Source: Daphnia carinata (Eukaryota). From it: a stretch of 64,000 nt of DNA. The position numbers and the translations under genes are program-made. Positions 39,555 to 52,990 of the stretch are shown piece by piece; position 1 is the stretch's first letter; every line of letters begins with the position of its first letter. Below the pieces are notes generated by a model. It did no database searches, was not told the DNA's origin, and saw only the letters and a program-made list of their open reading frames with translations. Where the stretch lies: positions 7,874,001-7,938,000 of the forward strand of contig NC_081333.1 in the NCBI RefSeq assembly GCF_022539665.2. Reading direction: 5' to 3'.

Positions 39555-42058
39555 ATGGACCAGCGTTTGAAAGATTTATAAGTAAAAAATAACTTTCTGA
39601 TAGGAATGAAACTAATGGGTTTGTTTTTTAACCAGACTTTCCAACCTCGGTCGAAGAACGTTGAGAGGTGTCAAGCCATGTCCGAAATGTGGAACTTACA
39701 ATGGGACCAGAGGATTTAGTTGTAAAAACAAATCATGTGATGTCGTCTTTAAAGCCGCTGATGACCGTAAAAAGAAAACTACTGAAGCTTGTCGGATAAG
39801 CACTGAAAACCAAAACGCACAAGTATATTTTAGAATTTTACTCAACATGTTGGCGTTTTTAACAATGTATGTTTTTGTCAAATCAGGTGTTTTCTGTTCG
39901 TTTACGTGACAAAGGACCTGACTATAGGTATGAAATTAAAATATTTTATTTTAGGATGAAGTTGTAAAACCACTTTTTATCCAGAGATTTTGTGCAGCTA
40001 ACTACAGAATTAGTAGATGCTGGGGATGGGAACTTTACAACTGCTCAAAATGCTGAATGTTATGTTGAGAGTTGTTCCAATAAGAATGACACGTTCAACC
40101 TCTTGACAATTACAGCATGCCAGCATATTCAAGCAACTCTGAATTGTCATTCAGAGTCAGAGATTTTACCAATCAAAGCATCACTAATTCATTCTCTTAA
40201 CATTCCATCAGATCTAAAAGATGAATTGTGGAACATGTCTACTGAAGACAACCAAGGGTAATGCACATTATAGAACTAAATTAGTAGCAATAAAACATTA
40301 AAAGTTCTTGAATTGTGGGTTATTAGGTTGCAGATGCCTATTGTCCAGCGGGTTTCAAAAACCATATTTGTAGTAAAATGTGCAGTTTCGAACAAATTTT
40401 CGTTGGGTTTTCTTCATTGTTCAGTTATTGAAACTCGTAACAAAACGGGAACATTGGAACGAAAGTTCATCTGTCCATGTCGTAAGTTGAAGGCTCCAAA
40501 CTCATCAGAAATATCAAATAAGGAGTGTGTCCATTTCTATGCGTGCATTTTGGCATTCATCAGTGACGAGAAGTTCATGAATGAATTCTCTTACCACATT
40601 CAGGTACACTTTAAGTTGGTCCATGTTGAACTTTTAATGCCTTTATTTTCTTTTGTTATTAATTAACATTTGTTTCTTTCTTTCAGGCGTCCAACGTGCT
40701 TTCTGTTTCATTGGACAGCATTGAGGAAATGACAGAGCGGCAGTTAGTGGTGCACTTTGAAGTAATGCCACAAGTATCGGATGAAACCGATCTTCTTGGC
40801 GATGTTAGGGTACTAGATTCTTTAGTTCTAGCCACCGACGACGGTTCTTCGGGTTTTGCTGATGATGTTTCAGCAACGGGAAACGTCAACTTGACGTTGC
40901 CGGTTGGTATTAACATGAGCGAGCTGTTAAATGGAACGTTAGAAGTGGTTCCCCAGATGACCTGTCACACTGCCCCCGTTATAAGCGCAGAGGAGGCTGC
41001 GCAAATCCAGAGAGGAAAGATCAAAATAGCACCTCTCAAAAGACCACGCAAATTAATTTCAGAAACAAGCAACCATCAACATCAGACCCAACTAACGACC
41101 GAAACTATCCCCAAGCGTACACCTTCTTTGGAAGAAGTCACGAGCTCTCTCTTGTTCGAACAATGGCTATCCTCTGTTACGGAACGAATCAACCAGACCA
41201 TGCATTTTGGAATGCCCGGTAATCCGGATCCGCTAGTCTACCAGATACCCCATTCGTTTTTCGAATGTCTTCGTGAGCGAATTTCTACAAATGGGAGAAA
41301 GAAGCGTCTACCCAATAGCACCGTTGTCTTCCAACGTAAGGACCGGCCACCATTTGTCACACTGACCAAATATACTTGGCATCTCAACAATCCTATGCAC
41401 GTGAAACATATCTTCGACACTTCTCTGGTAACGCGATATCCCATCAGTTGAATTTTCAAAGAAATGACAACGTTTACTTACAGGTTCAACTAGAACTTAC
41501 ACGAAGTTTTGTTGAGAATCAAGATGGAACATTCGATTTATACGTTCCAAAAAACATTGACACGGCCGGATCTGGGGCAGACTGCTCCGGTTTACCGACG
41601 CTCAGACCATTGGAACTCCAGACTTACCTAATAATTGGTAACATCTGTCTGTCTTTCAAAGTGAGCTTCGTCTTCATTACTTGTGTAATGTATTAGGACA
41701 TGGTAACACCAATACAGACGGTGATTGTTCCTGCCCATTTACCATCGAATGGATCCCAGATGTTCTCTTACAATCCAAATTTGGTGAGTTGAGTCTACAG
41801 TTTCAATTCGGACACCAGAGACATCCATTGGGATTGCTGTCAGAGCGGAGTGGCAACAAACGGCTGATAAACGGAATGGCCAGCACAACTACTCTGACAA
41901 ATAGTATCGCCTCACGTCGTAAGAAACTCAAAGTGGTCGCTGTTCCTGACTCGGATGCCAAAGATCTACAAAACTTAAATAACATCGAGCTCGACTTTGA
42001 TGGAGTCGCTCCTTTAAACGATAGTGAGTTCCAAGAACTCACTAAATCGGTCCCTTGA
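39555..42058 (+). CDS. C2orf42: C2orf42-like protein (N-terminal treble-clef zinc finger)
   Basis: LSNLGRRTLRGVKPCPKCGTYNGTRGFSCKNKSC, VFSVRLRDKGPDYRDFVQL, FEQWLSSVTERINQTMHF, KKRLPNST, FTIEWIPD. The start codon depends on a non-canonical first donor (see findings). Confidence 0.85.
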
Positions 42059-42745
42059 AATGTATAAGGGAAGACAAAGCACCTTGGTGCGCAGAGTCTC
42101 CCCCAACAGGCTGTGCTTCCTTCATTTTATCCATCACTGTTTCCCACCAGCGTACCTATTGCCATCTCTTTATAGAGAACAAGATCTTAAGCAACTCCTA
42201 AGATGCTCCCCACGTCACTTCATGTTTGTTCTAGCCATTTGCACTCATCCAGCAACACGAAAGCAAGGGATGACGTTTGATGGGCGAAGGAATACGATTT
42301 CGTGCATTCGTACTGTTTTTGAAGGAAAGATGCCTCATTATTATTTCTAAAGGAAAGTCATACGACAGTTCCAATAATTGACTTAACTCTGTTTTGTTCC
42401 GGTTGTCCCTTATTTCCCTTATCGCTTTTTTTTTGCGTTGGAGTTATATTCCGACCATAAATGGAAATAGTAAACTGTATATCGCTCGATTCACAATGAA
42501 ATTCTTTTTTACGGATTGTATGGATTTGAAACCAGGTAAAAGACAAATTAATTGGAAACAAACACACGACAGACGAGACAGAAAATTAAGAGCTTAAAAG
42601 GCACTAAACGGTAGCCATTAATTAAAAATGAATCAAATTAAATACATGGAAAAGAGTACACGAGTACTGGTGGCACTGGCTGCGGAATTCTTCATAATAT
42701 TATGTCTTGCCGCACAAAAAAAAAATCACATCCAAATTCCGTATA

Positions 42746-43874
<1,129 letters not shown>

Positions 43875-43962
43875 TCTTGCTGATGTGCACGGGAGGAAAA
43901 GCGCCAGTGCACAGCCGGAGATGTTGGCAACAAGTGGTCTCCGCTTCATCCATAGTTTTCAG

Positions 43963-43970
43963 TTTATATA
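43963..43970 (-). promoter_or_regulatory. TATA box of repo
   Basis: TATATAAA on the minus strand, ~90 nt upstream of ATG 43874. Confidence 0.6.
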
Positions 43971-46296
43971 GCAGCAGCTGCCTTTCGATTTTTCGAGGGA
44001 GGGGTCAAAAAATGTAATACGCACACACACACACACAAAAAAAAGAAACAATAAATTCATGGAAAAAAAAGAAAGAATGTCGGAGGGGGGCAGATGAGAA
44101 GCTGAGTATGTATGGGTCACGTGACTACCGCGCTCATCCGTCGTTTATGGCGACGCAACAAGGCTCAATTGGAACCAATTGAGCGAGTTAACAAGACAAA
44201 TCGACGGGCCACTTTATATCCAATCATTGACGACTTCCTCTTTAAGACAAGTGATGATGAATCCTCTCGCTGTCAATTCACTCACAACGCAATTGAAATT
44301 TAGCGCAATCAGTCTTAACTCGATCAAATCCTCTCGCCATGCTTGCAGTATTGTTTTAAATACTTTGATGGTCATACCGTATCCGCGCGTGTGTAATGTT
44401 TTGATTATTGCAGATCGACAGAGTAAATAATAGAGCTTCGGTCCGACTGTGACTCCAATTGATCATCATCATTAAAGGCAATCATTCGCTCAACAGATGC
44501 GAACGACTTTAATCAGCGGAACCAAAATAAAATGTGAAGCTGCAAGCCTCATACATTCATCAGCTGCAGTTGTTGATGAAGAGAAAAAAACATATATATA
44601 AATAAAAATAATATAAAATTTTTCTTGTGCAATTCGTTGCGGTCACTTTCAATAGACAACACAATGAAATAGGATCAAGGTGGGAGCGATAGCGTACAAC
44701 TGTCCGCATAAAGGGAAGGGGTGCAATGCGAAACAGAGAAGGGGGCCTCCCGCTGTGGTGGAACTGTCGGGAAAAAAATGGGCGCGTGCTGCCGATCCGA
44801 CCCTTCTATTGTTTGAAGTTGTCTTTTCGTTTTGTTCTTTCCCACCCACGCCAACGCTCGCAACCCATGTTGTACGGTGAAGGGTCACGTGACCACCACT
44901 ATCCTCTTGTCTTTTTTTAACCCCACGTTGAACGGCGAGAGCGCAAGAGTGCGCCCCATGATAAACCATCGTCAGAAATTCTATATGTTATCCAAAACTT
45001 TGTGGAATAATAGAAGACGAGGAGGGGGCGGTAGAGAAACAAACATTTATAACCGAGGCACCAAAAGATAACCACAGGACCGCGAAGAGAGAACTCGAGT
45101 AGACAAAACCTATCGCTTGATCGACAGATCTACTGCCCGATGGTTATCGACGTGATAGACATTTTTTCCTTTTTCCTGCTTTGCTTTTACTGATTGTTTT
45201 TTATTTCATTTTTTTTTCTGTTCGTTTTTTTTCACAACGGCCAAAATGTGGGACTGACTTTCCATCCATCGAATCGTGGGAATGGTAAGTTGAACAGCTT
45301 TTCATGCTTCCGGATGAGCGTCATCATAACAGTTCAATATTGCATACAAATACCGAATAATGCGTACTTGACTTTTAAGGGATTCTCTAATGGATACTTT
45401 GGACATTGTTTAATACTATTACATGAAAGAGAGGACATAAAAGAAATCTTGTTTGGTCACAAAGAATAAAATGTAGCCTAATAGAACTTTAGGTTAGGTT
45501 TATCAAGGGAAATGGTTAGGGGTGATTCAATCACAGAAGTCTTGTGACCATTGTCGTGTAAAGAAATTATTGCAAATGGCTAACTTTAATTGTCGCCCCT
45601 TCCAGCACTGAGCCAATGGAGGATAGAAATGAGGAAATATGATGACAATATTAAGCCCGAACTGCTACTAGGGTCTCGGCGAAGGTTTTGATATTGACGT
45701 GTATATCTATGTCTTTATGAGGGCGTCTTCATCGGCACGGATAGCATCGTGGCCGGCGAAGATGATAAAGATTCATCGGTCTGCCTGTCTGTTTTCGCCA
45801 GTCTGTTTGGCTTGCCATGATGGTTATCTGGAGGATCACGTTCGCCAGCAGTGTTTTTGTACCGCGAAACTTCTAATTTATCGAGGTCAGTATTACATGG
45901 TCAGACTGGTTGTATTAAATCACAGCGATCAAACAATTTAACAGAAATGTAGTATCAACGGTGACCAAGCGCAGATGTGGCTCTAAACATTGCTAAACAT
46001 TTGATACCAGACAAGGAGAGGGCAATATAAATGGCGACATTTAAAATTTGGATGAAATAAATGCATTACTCAGCACGGCCAGCAAGCACGGCCGCTATTT
46101 AGATATACCTTGCCAAGTTCTAATTCTGGTCTCCTCTCACTTGCGTCGTTGCCAAAGAATCCAAGCAGATCCAAGTGAAGAATGGAGCATAAGGTGTGGG
46201 TTTCCAAAATGGAAGGAGCACAATAAAAACTGAGAAAACGATTATGTCGATATCGTAGCTGCCGAAGAAAGAAATGGTAGAGCATCTCTCTTACGT

Positions 46297-46631
46297 TTAC
46301 TTCTTTCCTGCTTAGGCAAACAAACATTTCGATAAAGATTAAACATTTTATTCTGATACGTTAACATTCTTAAATACCCTTTCCGTCTTTCTTGTCTCCC
46401 TTGCCATCTTTTTTGTCTCCTCCTTTCTAAGAATCAAAACAACAGCGAAAGAAATTCACTCTATATTTGTAAACACAAAAACACGCTCTAAAGGCAATCG
46501 ATACTTACATCTCCGCCTTTGCCGCCTTTATTGTCACCGCCTGGGGAGAAATCAATAGAGAAATTGCACGAGTTTTAAAAAGATCAATTGTATTATTTAA
46601 TAGTAATAAACGTACCTTTCTTGGGAGGCAT
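46297..46631 (-). CDS. Spliced 35-aa Lys/Gly/Asp-rich micropeptide A: MPPKKGGDNKGGKGGDKGGDKKDGKGDKKDGKGKK
   Basis: Exons 46631-46616, 46540-46509, 46426-46378 and 46307-46297, joined by GT-AG introns of 75, 82 and 70 nt with matching phases. Not in the ORF track. Confidence 0.75.
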
Positions 46632-48523
46632 TAGGTAGATTGTGTGCGTCTGAAGGGATGCGAGCTACTAGGTTCCAGTCCAGTCTGGCTACGAATGAGT
46701 TTTCTTCGATTTAACTGGAGCCGATTCACAACAAATACTGTAGTCTGGGTAGCGAAGACGACGTGCCCGATATGTTACACGAGCACGCACCGTTGAAAGG
46801 AGGAGTCCAATCACATGATCATAGCATCCAGACTTCCCCATTGGTCCAAATATAGCACACATCCAGATTGTTCCGGAGAAAATAGGGTGTGTAAAAGCAC
46901 ATTTTTCTTTAATGTAAAATCAATCGGTTAAAACGAAATTTCAATACCGAATTTTCAAACGTCTGCCTTTCCAACGATTGATTTTCTAGTATCAATATAT
47001 CAACATATAGGCGTTTCCGGGAAGGCATTGGCAATAACAAGTCGATACAGATATACAGTAGTTTATTAAAATATTTATTAGAGGGATCGATCCTTGCATG
47101 CAGGGACGGAGTTATGGGCTGTCCGACTTTACATAGATCTAAAAAGGTCGAAAGCAATACGGCATGTATGTTTCTTGCTCCTCCTGTTTGTAAATAGCTG
47201 CACGAGGGACGGCAAACTCCGGTTTCAACTGGATTTCCAAGATATGCTTCCCGCTAGGACTTTTGCTATTCTGAGTTGTAGGCTGCGTATTGATCCGGCA
47301 GTCAGTGGACACGTCGTAGCTCAGATCTAGGCGGAATAGACCGTAAAAAACAAAAAAGTGCAAGCTCAAAGCGCATCCGGTTGAATAAAACAAACGATTT
47401 TGAGACTAGTTACTATTTTACCAGCAACAAATAATTTTTTTTTTTTTTCTATTTAATAAGAACTTACTGGTTCTCAAAACACTTTTTTTCACCATAGAAC
47501 GAGCTCACGGGAAAATGTAACTACGTCACATGAGTCCACAAGTAGCTCGTGCAAGCCAGCCGGAAGGTTGTTGCTGTTAGCATAACGTATTGTGAAGAAG
47601 CAACGAGCAATCAAACTTCTTTCGAATAAAAGAAAGACAATACAAAACATTTAAAAACAAACAACAATGTATATCATAACACGCTTCAATGTCCACGCAA
47701 GGAAACGTGTGGACTCTGCTTCATTGTTATTTCAACAAGTAGTCGCTTTTTTGTTTTCATCTTGATGCAACCGTAAAAAAGGGAAAAAAGAAACGCAAAA
47801 ACATAATCGATCAATCAATCCTCATCGTATTCCTTACTCGTGAACGTCAGATTATAGATGACTACAGCGTCACCATTAATTACGATTTATTTTCAGTGGT
47901 TATAGACCACCTCCGACTTCACTTGCGCAACTGACAACTTTTCTACCGATTGTCACAAAGCGTGAGGTATTGATTTGGGCTTTAAGTATACATTGTATTT
48001 TACACCTTCCAGGATTTGGTGGTTTTTGTTTGAGAAAATGGAATTGTTGGAAATCTCTAGAGTGAATGTTGACATTTAATCGAACTTCGGTCAATCGATT
48101 TTCAAGTCAGTATTGCGCACTTAGTAGAGGGCGATAGTCACGTAAAAAAAGCAGTAAAACAATTCGTTGTGAAACTTATTTTTGATAGCAAAATCGCATA
48201 AAGCTTTGGCTGTTAAGCGCGCATCACAGCCAATCCCCCTGGTCATAAGATACGGAAAAACAAAACAAAAATGAAACGCCCAAAAACTAGTAATAACAAG
48301 TTTGCAAACTTTTTGTTGTGCCATTGCTTTGCAACGCAATTTATGGCATCTAATTCAGCCTACCCGATCTATGCTAAGAGTGGGAACTACAACGTATTCA
48401 ATTTTCTACATGTTATAGCGATCTTCAGGAAGCAATGCAAGTCAATCAAATGAAAATCAAGCAAAAAGCGTTGTAATAGAAGACAAGCTAGTCGGTGTTC
48501 ACTGTTGAGCGTCCTTGTTATAA

Positions 48524-48543
48524 AGAATGTTCTAGAACATTCT
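48524..48543. promoter_or_regulatory. Perfect heat-shock element (four alternating nGAAn units)
   Basis: AGAATGTTCTAGAACATTCT = nGAAnnTTCnnGAAnnTTCn, a perfect 20-bp palindrome 80 bp upstream of a TATA box. Confidence 0.8.
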
Positions 48544-48555
48544 AAGGAACATTTT

Positions 48556-48630
48556 GTCACGTGACTAAATATTAACCCGGTGAGAACCGCATCAGCCAAT
48601 GGTAAGCCCGGGAAAAGTCTACTATATAAG
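48556..48630 (+). promoter_or_regulatory. Proximal/core promoter of micropeptide B: GTCACGTGAC E-box, CCAAT, TATA
   Basis: GTCACGTGAC at 48556-48565, CCAAT at 48596-48600, TATATAAG at 48623-48630, Inr-like GCAGTT ~30 nt downstream. Confidence 0.7.
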
Positions 48631-48720
48631 GACCCCTCTCCCTGGGTCTGTCAAACGCGCAGTTCCTAGCACAATCACAAACCTTACTTCGTCTCTCAAC
48701 AGATATCCATTTGATTAAAC

Positions 48721-48900
48721 ATGCCGAAGAAAGGAGACAGCAAACCTAAAGCCGAAGCGGTAAGTCAAGTGCAAATTATCAAGTGTTTTCTATTTAATAA
48801 CGTTCGATGTTACTTGTCTTTGAAAACCTGTTAGAAAGGGACGGAGGAAAAGAAAGTCGAAAAGAAGGAGGACGCAAAAAAAGATGGCAAGAAGAAATGA
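48721..48900 (+). CDS. Spliced 34-aa Lys/Glu/Asp-rich micropeptide B: MPKKGDSKPKAEAKGTEEKKVEKKEDAKKDGKKK
   Basis: Kozak-like AAACATG. Exon 48721-48759, GTAAGT...TTAG intron of 75 nt, exon 48835-48900 ending in TGA. TATA-containing promoter upstream. Not in the ORF track. Confidence 0.8.
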
Positions 48901-50253
48901 GACTGATTACGCTCTTCACGGTGATGCTCGCAGCAAAAACGCAGGCCGCTCTCATTTAATTACATCCTGAAAATTGCCGCAAAGGATGTCGAGAGCATCG
49001 TCGTTCTTATTTGACTTTGAAATGAACTTGATTTTATATCGAAAAATTTTTATGTTTAAAATCGATCATTCCAAATACATGACTTAAACCTTTCCGTAAA
49101 AATTGGCTTCTGGTGTTTTTCTTTTCTAAATCAACACCCTTTGTGAAAGTAAATTGCTTTGGATATAATCGATGTGTGTAAATAGGTCTTGCTAATCGAA
49201 CAGCCAAAGTTCGTCCTCCGCCATGCGATTGACCGTGGTGATTATGCCAAGGGTATCGTACTACGTACGGTAAATGCCATTCCTATATCTTAGCTATATA
49301 TCAAAATTTGACGAGCTACAGTTCCAGTCATTCCTGGTTAACTAACGCCATGAAAACAAATACAATGGTAAAAAATAAACTTTAATTTACACCAAAATAC
49401 TAAGATCATACGGACACCATAGCTCTGTTAGAATTGTTGAAAATATGGAATGCTTTGACGACTTATAAACATGAGGTGAGGATGCAACTCCAATTGTTCA
49501 TCATACCCGTAGACCTAAGGGTAAGTTGGCTGTTATGGATTATAATTAAAAGCCTAACAGACATAGGATTCTACATCTTTACGTGTGTCACCAGACATCC
49601 ATATACTACTCCGGGATACGCATATTCTTTGGCTGCTAGCCAACAAAAAAGACATTGTACTGACACACGGGATACTGTATTTTCTTTTGTTCTCACTACA
49701 TGTGACATCTGAAATGCAGATCACATTTTCTTTGTTACAGCAACAAAATCAATGGGTAAAAATAAAACTTGATTTTTTAATATCTGAAAGTTTGAAGTGT
49801 GTGAACAGTCGGAATACTTGGGCAGTGCAACAGTTACAGAACTTGACAAGATTTTCGGAGCAGCCCTTAGGAATCAAAAACCCAACCGTTGAAACAAAAC
49901 ACATCCATAAAGTTTTGCTTATGTATAATATGTGTTACAATATATATTTATGGCTCTGATAATTCTGTATTTGGACTTGGCTGGGTGGAATTGACGTGGA
50001 TAGGGAAATGAATGGTACACTGGGAGGCGTAGGGACTGGTGAGCAGTTGTTGCCACGGCATTTCCAACTGGTAGCATCCATCAATCCTATTAGCTTGATG
50101 ATTTAGTTTATCAACACTTACATGATTTGGTGGAACGCGTACATCGCGCCGTGAATACTGGCTATGACTAGAGGATGAAATAGTGTTAAGATTGGAGCAG
50201 CAGGGCTCAACTTCCTTCAGCTCAGAATTGAGCAGCAGGCTCCATTCCATTGG

Positions 50254-52196
50254 TCACAAATCAGGAAATCTATCATTTTGGAGCATCGCATGACATTTTG
50301 CGTAACACATTTGATCGTCTTATTTTATACCTGCCGGGGTTTTCAGTGTAATCTTTCGGTATCTGGAACAATGTATCCGGCATGTTGTTGCGAAATTCAA
50401 AATCTTGGAAATTAACTCGGGTTGTAATGGTCGGTAAAATTGGAATGTCCACTTTCACTGGAAAACCTGGGGGTAACTTCATTTCGACAAACTCACGAAG
50501 TTTACTAAAATGCTTGACAGGGGCAACAACTTCCAACACATCTAGTAGCATCGCTTTAGACAAAGGAAAATCCTGGCACTTGAAAAAAATGATATAATGA
50601 CATTTTAAATGATTGACTAAAATGTAGATTGAAATAAGACGATACCATGGCAACGGTAGCTCGGAACGTTTTAGACACATCCTTGCACGCAAGTAGTCTC
50701 CCTAAGTGTGGTTGATGACTGCTGTTAATGTAATCATTCCAACTAAGGTTGTTTTTAACCGGTGGCGGTAAAGAACCTCTTCGTATAGGCTCACTGTTGC
50801 TAGTGTCAGTCAGACTCGAACTAGAGCCTTTGGTAAGTGTTTCCATTAAGGCCTTATTCTTTTTTAGGTCTTCTTGAGTCAAGTGTTCCCTTCTTTTGCG
50901 TGACTCGAACACCAAGCCACCGATAGAAAAAAAATCTGCATGATAGGGGCCCACCATTTCCTACGTAGAAATGATCCATAAGCAGACGAAGTTGTCGAAT
51001 AATGAAAAACATTTATGATTACTGTTTTATCGGCACGAAAAAAGAAACCAGTTTGAGCTCGGTTAAACGTAATGAAACGTGTTGACATCTGGACCGCTAC
51101 TATGTCGTTGCTCATAAGTATATCAACTTCATCTTCTATCTCACTTTCTGATTCCTGCTTCCACAGCAAATCAAAACAATTAACTGAACGCTTTTGATAA
51201 GGTTAATTGAAAAACAGTTTTACCTGATATCGAATTTGTTGATAGACTTTTTGTTTGTTATCTAATATAAAAAGCGATTGTTGCCTTTCGGCTTCCCCAT
51301 TGAAAACAATACTAATGTCACCCCGTTCCCAATGCATATCAGTAAAATCGACTAGCGTAGTATCAACTCGAATTTTTGAGCCTTTTTTATGGATACGACA
51401 AATATCAGAGGGAAGTATACGTGATACCAATGGAACTATATTTAAATGAAAAGATTATTTTTTCTTGTGTTAAGTTATGATAAAAATATAAAATTATACC
51501 CCAGCTTTGGAAATCCCATTTCAGTTGCAAATAAAAATCTCCCATTTGCTTCAGTGCCTGTATCAGTTTTGGTCTCCTTTCTTCCAGCTGTTCTTTACTC
51601 TGTTGTTTTAATTTCCTCAATAACAGCAAAACTAGAGTAATAAGTGCATTTGTATTATTCAATTAGGACAAGTAGTATTAAAAGAGGTAGTTAAACTAAC
51701 TTGTTTGACGATCACCAAAGCTGATTGCCTCAGCAAGTGGATTCCAACCAAGTCCATTTTTTATTTTAACCTGTGCATTGTGTGCTAATAATAAATGTAT
51801 ACATTCTAGGAGAAGTTTCGGATTAGATTAGCTTTTTTTTTTGTAAATCCTGCTTCTTTGTTAAAAATTACCTTTGTGGCCCAGCATAACAGCCAAATGA
51901 AGAGCTGTATTACCTATAGTAACAAAAAAATATTTAGTTCACATAATCGCCTTCCTTATTGCAATTATATGATAATCGACCATCGCTGGTACAGAGGGGA
52001 GCTTCGTGATTCTCATTACGAATGTATGAAATTATATATTTTTTTTTAATACCGAAAAACCGTATTATAAAAAATCCAGAAAATTACCATGTTTATCTTT
52101 TTGGTTTATATCCGTGGTCCGCAACAATGAAGAAAGCTGGCGTATGTCATTACGATAAACACACTCGTGTAAAGGGAATGAACTCAAATCGGCCAT
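50254..52196 (-). CDS. ANKRD13C: Ankyrin repeat domain-containing protein 13C-like
   Basis: FPLHECVY, DKHGNTALHLAVMLG, GWNPLAEAISFGDR, LPSDICRIHKKG..RVDTTLVDF, KLPPGFPVKVDIP; ends RFPDL*. Confidence 0.92.
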
Positions 52197-52990
52197 TTTT
52201 CATGTTTACTTTTTGCTCCGCTTATAAAAAAACAGACAATAGTGGTTAGCAAGATAAACATGACCACTGAAATCTTCTGTGTCACTAGCGCTTTGGTAGC
52301 GGGATTCCTAACTATACCAAACTAGCCGGTAAAAAACACGAAGCCCAAAGATGTTCCATCCCCAGCCGCAAGGTTGTACCATGAAAACATCAAGTACTAC
52401 ATGGGTCTTTCTAGCTTTATCTCTGTTCTCTGTTATCTGTTGTTTTACAACGTTAAAAAAGAATTAAGAAATTTATTTATAAAACCAAATTTGATCGAGA
52501 AATAAAAGTATATTTGACCACGATACATGAACAATGTTATAGTTTATTTAAATTTTTTTTTTAATTTTATAATCCAAATAACTTCACATTTTTTCCAGTC
52601 TGACATCCTTCCCACCATTGGCGCGACAATGGAGGCGCTGGTTGCCTGTATCTGAAAATTTGTGTTATATGTTGGTCGATCTTAACTGATTACGAGACAT
52701 GATTAATTAGGTGAGTATAACTCATGGGAGAATTTCTAAAAATGTTTTTGCTAATTTTTACCTTCTTTTCTATATATATCGTTATTGTTCATGTACATTG
52801 TTCTTCAAGAATTAAAATTGTTTATAAAGCTGAGATGTTTATTCCCACTGTCCTGACCCAGCAAATTATTTACTTTATTATTATGCCTACCTACCAAAAA
52901 TTGATTATCATGTTCTTTAAATTATAATTACATTATGATTGATTATTATAGGTATATTCACCCTGCACTGCTAGTTTACAATATCATACA

